Assembly (NCBI GenBank): GCA_046483495.1
Contig: JAWODC010000050.1
Coordinates: 1-11,417 of the forward strand
DNA: 11,417 nucleotides
Reading direction: 5' to 3'
Source of the DNA: Desulfobacterales bacterium
GTDB taxonomy: Bacteria > Desulfobacterota > Desulfobacteria > Desulfobacterales > UBA5616
The first letter of the stretch is position 1. Each line of letters starts with the position of its first letter. The position numbers and the translations under genes are program-made. This document shows, piece after piece, positions 1 to 7,287 of the stretch. The notes under the pieces were generated by a model that saw nothing but the letters and a program-made list of their open reading frames with translations, searched no databases and was not told where the DNA came from.

Positions 1-84
1 ATACTGAGGCCGTATCTGCCACATATCGTGATTGGAGGGGGTTGGGCGCCGTTTCTCTATGATCGCTATCTTTTTAAAAACCAT
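1..84 (-). CDS. 5' end of an unannotated gene truncated by the window edge (fourth gene of the PKS operon); product uncertain
   Basis: ATG at 84 lies 9 nt after the PKS stop. A GAGG SD overlaps the PKS TGA, 7 nt before the ATG. The frame is open to base 1: MVFKKIAIIEKRRPTPSNHDMWQIRPQY. Too short for the ORF track. Confidence 0.65.
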   Translation of the reverse strand, partial: MVFKKIAIIEKRRPTPSNHDMWQIRPQY

Positions 85-93
85 GCAGATGCC

Positions 94-1152
94 TCAAAAA
101 ACGACCAGCGCGCCGAATGCCGTAAAACCCGCTCCGAAAGACAGGATCAGGCCCATTTGGCCGGATTCGGGACTGTCCCGCTCGAGCATCCGCTTTAACA
201 CATACATCACCGTCGGCGATGACATATTGCCGTAATCCCTGAATATTTCGTACGAAAACCGCAGCTCCTCCTCCGTCAGCCCCAGCCTTTCCTCGATTTT
301 TCGAAGAACCGAAGTTCCTCCCGGGTGGACAATCCAACGGTTTATGTGTTCGAAAGTAAGGCCGTTGCGCTTGAGGATGTTTTCAACGACCGCCGAAACA
401 GCGTTGGCGCCGAGTACCGGAACCCGTCTGCCGAGGACATTGCGAAGCCGCCCCTGTTCGGTCCGGTACCGCAGGTGCTTTCGTTGCCCGGGATAGCAGA
501 CGGCCTCAAAATCCATCAGGTAAAGAAGCCCCTCTGCATCCTTGTTTCCAACCGCCCTGACAATCGCCGCCGAAGCGCCGTCCCCGAAAATCGCGTTGCT
601 GATGACCAGGCCGGGATCGTCACCAAAAAACATGGTGGCGGAACAGATTTCGACGGCAATGCTTAAAACCGGCTTTTCCGGCCGCCCCATAGCCCATCCG
701 GCCGCACATTCGAGATTCGGCACCGCCCCGCCGCATCCCATGCCCTGGATATCCAGTGTTTTCACCATGGGGCCGAGTCCAAGCGCCTCGTGAACATAAG
801 AGGATAAGCCCGGGCAAAGGTAACCGGTGCACGTGTTGACAATAATGCCGCCGATTTCCTCCGGGCCGCAGCACGCCTCTTCCATGGCCTTTCGAGCCGC
901 TTCGACCGCAAGCCGCGTTCCGATTCGGCAATGGCGCTCCGTCATACGGTCCGGATCGTACACCAGCGCCTCTTCGCGGCGGTCGAAAGCAAAATAGCGC
1001 CCTCGTATGGGGCCTTCCAGCAATACCCGCCGATACAGTTCACGTTCGTTTTCCGACATCTGGAGATGCTCGTCATAAAAAGCGAAAACCTCGTTCTGAG
1101 TTGCATACAACGGCGGATTGGCCGTGGAGAGTGCTTCAACCATCCGTTTCAT
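94..1152 (-). CDS. Type III polyketide synthase (chalcone/stilbene synthase-like), 352 aa
   Basis: Catalytic triad motifs GMGCGG (Cys), IVHPGG (His) and YGNMSS (Asn); also TCTG, EICS, IFGDGA and SFGAG. Start placed at ATG 1152 (MKRMVEAL), which forms an ATGA overlap with the methyltransferase stop. Confidence 0.95.
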   Translation of the reverse strand: MKRMVEALSTANPPLYATQNEVFAFYDEHLQMSENERELYRRVLLEGPIRGRYFAFDRREEALVYDPDRMTERHCRIGTRLAVEAARKAMEEACCGPEEIGGIIVNTCTGYLCPGLSSYVHEALGLGPMVKTLDIQGMGCGGAVPNLECAAGWAMGRPEKPVLSIAVEICSATMFFGDDPGLVISNAIFGDGASAAIVRAVGNKDAEGLLYLMDFEAVCYPGQRKHLRYRTEQGRLRNVLGRRVPVLGANAVSAVVENILKRNGLTFEHINRWIVHPGGTSVLRKIEERLGLTEEELRFSYEIFRDYGNMSSPTVMYVLKRMLERDSPESGQMGLILSFGAGFTAFGALVVF

Positions 1153-1961
1153 GCGAAAAATATCCTCCGGCATCCATAGGTGAGCGGCATACATGTTTCA
1201 CAAACAGGATACCCTTTTTTTTCGGCACCTGTTCCGCCATGTATAGTTGGAGTGTTCTCCATGGGGTTAAACTCCACCACGGCCCGAATCCGGAAAAGGG
1301 GCGCATGGCTCACCTGAATCGACGCATCACGGATGGTGCCGAGGAGTTCATGCATTTCAGCTGTTTTGAAGCTTTTACGAACAGAGAGCAACGCGTCGTG
1401 CTCGACACACTTCGGCAAGGGCCACACCAGGAGCCGGCATCCGAAATAACCCAAAACGTTCCTGCAAAGGTCGTTGATCAACAGGCTTGTGCGTACAAAA
1501 GCCCGAAGCCGCTGCACAAGTTCCAGAATGCCCGCTTCACTAAGATGATGAAAGAACATGGAACCCACGGCGCAGTCATAGGCCTTTTCCGGGAAATGGT
1601 TGAAAATGTCGTCCTGAATCATCTCAATGGGCAGGTTCGTTCCGGCCACCTTTTCCGAACCGATCCGGAAGGCATGCCGCCCGTTTTCCACACAGGTGAA
1701 ATGGATGCTGTGCCCTTTTTTTTCAGCCCATCGGCAGACCGAAATGGGTATGTCGCAACTGCCCGACCCGATGTCGAGGATTCGAAGTATCCGATCTTCC
1801 GGTGTTCGAGCGATTTGTGACGACACAAACCGCCGCACGATCCGTGTACCGCCGAGGAACCGGTTGACAAACCCGATAAAGCGGAAACTCTGTTCGGCGG
1901 AAATCCTGCGAAATTCCGGATGATCCATCCCCTCCGGTTCAGTGGCGCGGCAATCGAACAT
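1149..1961 (-). CDS. Class I SAM-dependent methyltransferase of the type commonly linked to type III PKS
   Basis: SAM-binding motif ILDIGSGSCD; FFHHL, INDL.R and HDALLSVRKSF motifs; N-terminal R.TEPEGMD. Overlaps the U32 gene by 23 nt and the PKS by 4 nt. Confidence 0.9.
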   Translation of the reverse strand: MFDCRATEPEGMDHPEFRRISAEQSFRFIGFVNRFLGGTRIVRRFVSSQIARTPEDRILRILDIGSGSCDIPISVCRWAEKKGHSIHFTCVENGRHAFRIGSEKVAGTNLPIEMIQDDIFNHFPEKAYDCAVGSMFFHHLSEAGILELVQRLRAFVRTSLLINDLCRNVLGYFGCRLLVWPLPKCVEHDALLSVRKSFKTAEMHELLGTIRDASIQVSHAPLFRIRAVVEFNPMENTPTIHGGTGAEKKGYPVCETCMPLTYGCRRIFFA

Positions 1962-3150
1962 TCCAAAGCCCCCCGTTGATCATGGACGCGTGAACGGTGT
2001 CGTATTTCGCCAGCGCTTCTTTCCGAAAATCGTCATCGACAAAAACGGCGGCCGCGGCGATATCGGCACAATAGCCGCACCGGTCGCAGCTCAGCACTTC
2101 GCAGTCCCGGTGTTCGAATCCCTGGATAAAGTCATCCGGTATACGGGAGGATTCGATCCAGACAGGGCTTTGTGCCTGCGGAAACAGCATCCCCTGGCTT
2201 CGGACCAGTTCATAGAGCGCCTTTATTTTAAACGGACTTATCTGGATCGGTTTGAAAAAATGTTTAACGATCCACGAGATTCCTTTGGGCGGCGTTTCTT
2301 TAAACCCGTAAGGAAGAAGAAGCTCGGCAAGATTGCCCTGGAATGTGCGTTGACTGTAGGCAACCACCCGTTTCAACAATTCGGAAGAAGGTATATTGCG
2401 TTCGATCAGTTTGAAGGTCGAGTAGCCGAGCGCCTCATATACGTGAAGATCCTCGGGTCTGATCCATGCCGATTTGATGTATAGGGAAGGATCCGCAAGC
2501 CGTTTTTCCGAGCATCGCAGAAAACAGTAATCGATGAACACCCCTTTCGACCCGTCCGACGCATGGGCAAATCCATTCTGATGATACGGCTGCATGGCGC
2601 AATTGGGCAGGCATGGATGATTTGCGATCAGCTGGAGTTCGCAATCCACCGCTTCCCGAATAGCGGCAAGCCGCGGGAAGTTTCGATTGATGGAGAAACT
2701 TTCCAGGTTAATGGCATCCGCCCCGAGCTCTTCCCAGAATTTCGCCCGCCGTGGTGTATCCACCTGGGCGTAAATGCCGATCTTGACAAAAAATTCCGGA
2801 AATCGTTTTTTGATAAGCTCCATCATGTAAGGTGTCGAAACCGTAAGCCGTCGAATCCCCATATCGCCCAGTTTTTCAATCAGGCGCATCACCTTTTTCT
2901 GCCATGAACGCTGCCACTCGCGGTTTCCTGTGCAGGAACTGTTGAGCAGGTAGTTGAAATGAATACCGTGCCGCTCGAGCTCCGACACATAACCGGCCAG
3001 TTTTTTTTCGGAAAGGGACGTTCCCATGAAGCCGGCCCTACCCCCTCCTACGCAGTCGAAGGGAAGCTTTCCGTAAACTTCTTCGACCGGATAAGGCTTG
3101 AGTTTCGGAATCAATTCCGGATCATAATTTGCCGCAAGGGTTAGTTTCAT
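1939..3150 (-). CDS. Peptidase U32 family protein (putative Fe-S, O2-independent hydroxylase), 403 aa
   Basis: U32-like motifs EVYGKL..GGGR, FNYLLNSSC, INRNF..L..IR, LQLIANHPCLPNC, YCFLRC, SAWIRPEDL and FKLIER; C-terminal CEVLSCDRCGYC. Start placed at ATG 3150 (MKLTLAANYD); the 79-codon ORF extension to 3387 crosses a hairpin and looks non-coding. Confidence 0.85.
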   Translation of the reverse strand: MKLTLAANYDPELIPKLKPYPVEEVYGKLPFDCVGGGRAGFMGTSLSEKKLAGYVSELERHGIHFNYLLNSSCTGNREWQRSWQKKVMRLIEKLGDMGIRRLTVSTPYMMELIKKRFPEFFVKIGIYAQVDTPRRAKFWEELGADAINLESFSINRNFPRLAAIREAVDCELQLIANHPCLPNCAMQPYHQNGFAHASDGSKGVFIDYCFLRCSEKRLADPSLYIKSAWIRPEDLHVYEALGYSTFKLIERNIPSSELLKRVVAYSQRTFQGNLAELLLPYGFKETPPKGISWIVKHFFKPIQISPFKIKALYELVRSQGMLFPQAQSPVWIESSRIPDDFIQGFEHRDCEVLSCDRCGYCADIAAAAVFVDDDFRKEALAKYDTVHASMINGGLWNVRLPRH

Positions 3151-3336
3151 GATCGTCTGTGATATGTTTAACGTTCTATGATCAATCGATTTACCGAATG
3201 GATCGGCTGCTTTTTCCGGTGGAACAATCCATGATTTACCATAACAGCTTATGCGATTACAGTGGGCGGTGGTATTCCTAAATGGCTGTATATTCGGCTG
3301 CTTTCGTATGTAGATCGTGGGGGGGAGAAACGTTGT

Positions 3337-3384
3337 CAAGCCGCACGATGGTCTGCCGGCGAGACCGTCGTCTCGTGCGGCTTG
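3337..3384. repeat. Perfect 12-bp inverted repeat with nested inner stem (possible terminator/attenuator after the sigma54 regulator)
   Basis: CAAGCCGCACGA (3337-3348) pairs with TCGTGCGGCTTG (3373-3384); inner TGGTCT/AGACCG arms. It starts 27 nt after the regulator stop. No canonical U-tract. Confidence 0.6.
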
Positions 3385-3411
3385 CATGGGGGCCTATCGA
3401 CCCCGGCGGGT

Positions 3412-4791
3412 TTATTCCCGGTCCGGCCGGTATTCCGAAGGCTTCAACCCGTACTTTTTCATGAGCTGATAGAGGTCTGACCTGTATTTACCGGATAATT
3501 CAGCGGCTTGGCTCATATTTCCCTGGGTCAGATCAATGAGACGGGAAAGGTATTTCTTCTCGAAGTCCGCTTTTGCCGCCTTGAACGGCCGCAATGGCTC
3601 TATGGCCTGCCTGTGATTTCTGAGGATCGCATCTTCACCGATCACATCGGTTCTGGACATAACAACGGCGGACTCCACCTCGTTTTTCAATTCGCGGATG
3701 TTTCCGGGCCAGTCGTATAAGGACAGCATCTGCATGGCGCCCGTTGAAAATCCTTTGATCTGCCGCTTGTTTTTTTTGCAGTATTTTTTAAGAAAGAAAT
3801 GCGCCAGCAGCGGGATGTCTTCTTTTCGTTCTCTCAGCGGCGGGAGCTTAATCACTACCACGTGAATGCGATAAAAAAGGTCCTCCCTAAAATTCCCTTT
3901 TTCCACCTCCGCCATTAAATCCCGGTTCGATGTGGAAATCAACCGGGTATCCACCGTTATCACTTTGTTGCTCCCGAGGGGATAATATTCTCCTTCCTGG
4001 ACAACCCTGAGCAGTTTGGTTTGAAGAGCCATGGGCATTTCGGAAATTTCATCCAGGAAAAAGGATCCGCCGTTGGCCTGTGCGAAAAACCCCTGTTTGC
4101 GACCGACGGCGCCGGTAAATGCGCCTTTTTCGAACCCGAAAAGCTCGCTCTCAAATAGTGTATCGGGAATAGCCGCGCAATTGATCACGACAAACGGATT
4201 GTCCCGCCTCGGACTTGCGGCATGTACGATTCGCGCGATGAGCTCTTTGCCGGTTCCGCTTTCTCCTTCGATGTACACGCTGGAATCCGTCGCTGCCGCC
4301 TGGACCACCTGTTCGAAGACCAGCTTCATTTTCCCGCTTTTGCCGATGACGCTTTCGAATCCGTATTTCTGTTCCAAAAGCGGTGGAAGGCTCTGGACTT
4401 TTTTCAAAAATTTTTTCTGCTCCAGACATGCATCGATTTGCGACAGAAGGTTTCGGTGATCGAACGGCTTCCGAATATAGCTGACAGCCCCCTTTTGCAT
4501 GGCCTCCACAGCACTGTCGACCGTACCGTATGCCGTTAAAATGATAATCGGCATTTCGGGGTTGATCTCATGAAGCTTTTCCATCAGTTCGATGCCGTTT
4601 TCATCGGCAAGCTTCAAGTCGACGAGCGCCAAGTCGACGGGGTTTTCAATTGCCCGGCTTACCGCGGTCTCCACGTTATCGGCGGTATTCACATGGTAAC
4701 CCTCGGCCTCCAATCGCATTTTAATGATTTTCAGGATATTTCGATCGTCATCGGCAACCAGGATATTGACGTCACCGTCAGTTGTCTTCAT
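3412..4791 (-). CDS. Sigma54-dependent NtrC-family response regulator (GlrR/QseF-like): receiver, AAA+ and Fis-type HTH
   Basis: Receiver ADDD, LVDLKL (phospho-Asp) and KPF; Walker A GESGTGKE; ESELFGFEKGAFTGA; Walker B FFLDEI; FREDLFYRI and WPGNIREL; HTH GNMSQAAELSGKYRSDLYQLMKKYGL. Confidence 0.95.
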   Translation of the reverse strand: MKTTDGDVNILVADDDRNILKIIKMRLEAEGYHVNTADNVETAVSRAIENPVDLALVDLKLADENGIELMEKLHEINPEMPIIILTAYGTVDSAVEAMQKGAVSYIRKPFDHRNLLSQIDACLEQKKFLKKVQSLPPLLEQKYGFESVIGKSGKMKLVFEQVVQAAATDSSVYIEGESGTGKELIARIVHAASPRRDNPFVVINCAAIPDTLFESELFGFEKGAFTGAVGRKQGFFAQANGGSFFLDEISEMPMALQTKLLRVVQEGEYYPLGSNKVITVDTRLISTSNRDLMAEVEKGNFREDLFYRIHVVVIKLPPLRERKEDIPLLAHFFLKKYCKKNKRQIKGFSTGAMQMLSLYDWPGNIRELKNEVESAVVMSRTDVIGEDAILRNHRQAIEPLRPFKAAKADFEKKYLSRLIDLTQGNMSQAAELSGKYRSDLYQLMKKYGLKPSEYRPDRE

Positions 4792-4932
4792 GCTACCGCT
4801 CCCATTCTAACTTTAAAAAGCTCTGTTGTTTTTGTGTTGTATTTCAAATAATATATAGCTGTTTACATAAACCTTAAGATTTAAGTTTTTGGATTTTGGG
4901 ATCACGATCCAAACGATTCCAACGATACACAA

Positions 4933-5523
4933 TCATTTCTGTTTCCGATCCTCCATATTCAAATCGATACTCTTATATTCTTCGATTTGAGATTCCAACT
5001 CGGCGATACGGTCTTTCAAATCTCCCATTTCCGTTTTCTGACAGCTCACCTTTTTTTGGTATGCTTCGGCCGCCGTTTTCAGTTCCGCGATGGTTCCTTC
5101 CAATTCTTCGATTCTACCATCGTATTCATACGACATGGATTCATATCGATCAAAATAAAAAACCAGCATCCTCGCCGGTTCGACCAGGCAGCTATCCGGA
5201 TGCTCATCGATCATTTCCCGAAAACAGGCCGCTGATTTTTCCGCATCTCTGTTCGGATTGTGGGGGTGTCCGAGAATCACCGCTCTCTGGAACAATGCCA
5301 TATCATCGTGCATGCCCAGGGGGTGTTCAGATATTTTCTGATTTTCCGCCAGTGCCGCCTCGAAATCGTTGACGCGGATCAATCGATCCGTTTTAACGAT
5401 CGACATATCCTCATTACGAAGGTTATGCATCATCTTAGAGCACCCTGGCGCCATTAACACGCAGCACAAACACGCAGTGTAAAATAAAACGTGCTTCCTT
5501 TTCCCGCTGTACTTTCTACCCAT
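4933..5523 (-). CDS. Putative lipoprotein with TPR-like helices and C-terminal coiled coil (positional QseG analog)
   Basis: Basic N-terminus, hydrophobic stretch and lipobox-like MAPG-C; GHPHNP..D.EKS..CF..M...HPDS segment; heptad-rich C-terminus ending KSIDLNME. Lies between kinase and regulator. AGGGG SD upstream. Confidence 0.8.
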   Translation of the reverse strand: MGRKYSGKRKHVLFYTACLCCVLMAPGCSKMMHNLRNEDMSIVKTDRLIRVNDFEAALAENQKISEHPLGMHDDMALFQRAVILGHPHNPNRDAEKSAACFREMIDEHPDSCLVEPARMLVFYFDRYESMSYEYDGRIEELEGTIAELKTAAEAYQKKVSCQKTEMGDLKDRIAELESQIEEYKSIDLNMEDRKQK

Positions 5524-6923
5524 ATTTTTCCCCTGTGAGCTGAAATGATATGCTTGGCGATCGAAAGACCGAGCCCGGTGCCCCTGACCGTCTCCTTGCC
5601 GCTTTCGATACGCTGGAACTTGTCAAATATACGTTTTAGGTCCTCCTGCTTAATGCCGGACCCGGTGTCGGAAATCGATATTTTCAGATAATCCCCGTCT
5701 TCCGGATCACGCGAAAGCCGGATGCAAACCGAGCCGTCTTTCGGCGTATACTTCAGCGCATTTCCCAGCAGATTCTCCATCACCTGTTCGATCCGCTCTT
5801 TATCGATCGCCACATACGGAACAGCGTCCGACAGGTCCAATTCCAGCTGGATGCCTTTCCGTTCGAAAAGCGGACGAATCTTGGAAACGGATTTCTCGAC
5901 GATGCACTTAAAATCCATGGATTCATAATGATATGTCATCATGCCGCCCTCCATGCGCGACAGGTCGAGAATCCGGTTGACGGAGGTGATTAAGCGTTCG
6001 CATTCATCATTGATGAGCACCAAAAGTTCGTGCTGCTTTTCGATGCTGTCCCGGTAAGTGCCTTCCAGCAGCATATTGGACCCCTCCTTGATTATGGTCA
6101 GGGGAGTGCGCAACTCGTGGGAAACATGGCTGACGAAGTCGATTTTCATTTCTTCCAACTCTTTGAGCCTTTCGCACATGACGTTGAAATCATGATCCAA
6201 TTCCATGATTTCAGGCGGGGACGTGATGGCGGAAACCACTTCGAAATTCCCTTCTGAGATATCCTTCGTCTTTTTTTTAAGGATGGATATCGGCCGATTG
6301 ATGCTTCTCGTATTGAAGAAAGAGATCAATATGCCCAGAAATATGACCATACCCACGGTGATAGCCGTGAAATTGAGGACCAATTGACTGATGCGATTCG
6401 AAGCCCTGATCATTTCATCACTGGACTGACGCGAAATTTTGATGATTTGGCCCAGGCTTTTGTCCAGGTTATCGATCAGATGGTCTTTTTTGTTTCGATA
6501 CGCCTCAATAGAATAATCGGCGTTGATTTTAATAAGACCGGCCTCTTCCCTGAACACCGCCAGGTATCGGGCATAAAGACGACGAGCCTCTTCGACCATC
6601 GTCTTTTTTTGGGGCGTGGCGGCCAGATTCTCGAGTTCGGTCAACCCGTCGAGAAAGCGATTGGATGTTTTGTAAAATTGATCATGGAAATCCGAATCCC
6701 GGGAAACGAGGTATTTTTTTTCGAAGGCCACCTGGGAAAACAGTTCGTCTGAGAGGTGCTGGGACAATCGTATGGCGGCGCCGTCAACCAAATCGATGGT
6801 TTTGTTGAGGTAGTGGATTTGATTCAGTTTGATCGTTGTATATCCTCCCTGGAACACGACCAATACCATAATGGCGGCGTACCCCAGGGAAAGTCTTCCA
6901 AAAATGGTCAATTTCATCATCAT
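5454..6923 (-). CDS. Membrane sensor histidine kinase (GlrK/QseE-like): 2 TM, periplasmic helical domain, HAMP, HisKA, HATPase
   Basis: Two hydrophobic segments; HAMP (INRPI..L..EI.EL..DFN.M); H-box FVSHVSHELRTPL; N-box ENLLGNALKY; G1 DTGSGI; F-box IFDKF; G2 GTGLGL. Start is one of three tandem ATGs (6923/6920/6917). Confidence 0.95.
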   Translation of the reverse strand: MMMKLTIFGRLSLGYAAIMVLVVFQGGYTTIKLNQIHYLNKTIDLVDGAAIRLSQHLSDELFSQVAFEKKYLVSRDSDFHDQFYKTSNRFLDGLTELENLAATPQKKTMVEEARRLYARYLAVFREEAGLIKINADYSIEAYRNKKDHLIDNLDKSLGQIIKISRQSSDEMIRASNRISQLVLNFTAITVGMVIFLGILISFFNTRSINRPISILKKKTKDISEGNFEVVSAITSPPEIMELDHDFNVMCERLKELEEMKIDFVSHVSHELRTPLTIIKEGSNMLLEGTYRDSIEKQHELLVLINDECERLITSVNRILDLSRMEGGMMTYHYESMDFKCIVEKSVSKIRPLFERKGIQLELDLSDAVPYVAIDKERIEQVMENLLGNALKYTPKDGSVCIRLSRDPEDGDYLKISISDTGSGIKQEDLKRIFDKFQRIESGKETVRGTGLGLSIAKHIISAHRGKIWVESTAGKGSTFYFTLRVCAAC

Positions 6924-7130
6924 GCAGTACGGAACGCAACAACGCGCGTATGAAAAATTCCGGGACTTGTTTGCCGGAATCCGGCACGCCGGAATGCGTT
7001 CATGGTGTAGTGGTTAATTGAACCGAACAGGCCGCCTTCACCTTCAATTCCTCGCCGGGATTCTTTCCCCGGTATGCGCCGAACCGTGCCTGATCTCACT
7101 CGTGGCTCAAGGTCTTGAAATGGGTTCTGA

Positions 7131-7160
7131 GAGTGTCCGGCCGGAGAGGGCCGGGCACTC
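7131..7160. other. GC-rich 12-bp stem-loop in the intergenic region upstream of the kinase
   Basis: GAGTGTCCGGCC-GGAGAG-GGCCGGGCACTC: 11 Watson-Crick pairs plus one G-U pair as + strand RNA. Confidence 0.6.
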
Positions 7161-7177
7161 ATGGATTTTACAGGTAG

Positions 7178-7207
7178 CGTATATCCAAATTACGACCGGT
7201 ATGTCAA
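7178..7207 (-). promoter_or_regulatory. Possible sigma70 promoter for the kinase operon
   Basis: Perfect TTGACA (7207-7202), 18-nt spacer, weak -10 TATACG (7183-7178). Confidence 0.3.
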
Positions 7208-7287
7208 CCCCGGAGACACTCCACCCATCCGAAGCTGCGATCGAGGTGTAAACGGCTGTTTTTGAGCGGGTGTTTCGTCTACAGCAC

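Noticed and set aside
1153..1194. Longer PKS start at 1194
   Set aside because: Would overlap the methyltransferase by 46 nt; the ATGA junction at 1149-1152 is more parsimonious.
1101..2907. Plus-strand ORFs 1101-1820, 1942-2484, 2563-2907 and similar antisense ORFs elsewhere (e.g. 4896-5372, 7699-8166)
   Set aside because: Shadow frames opposite well-supported genes, with no recognisable motifs.
3151..3387. 79-aa N-terminal extension of the U32 ORF
   Set aside because: No family-like sequence; crosses a hairpin and probable promoter region. U32-like sequence begins at MKLTLAAN (3150).
6996..7070. tRNA-like GGTGTAGTGGTTAA
   Set aside because: No closing D-stem, T-loop (GTTCRA) at the right distance or acceptor stem pairing.
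6981..7090. Sigma54 promoters (GGCACG at 6983 on + and at 7090 on -); also a GGCAGA candidate near 3357 on -
   Set aside because: GG-to-GC spacing is not the required 10 nt in any case.
6990..7165. 6S RNA (TTGAACC...GGGTTC motifs)
   Set aside because: Could not build the long closing stem and central bubble, and the usual gene context is absent; an Rfam scan would settle it.
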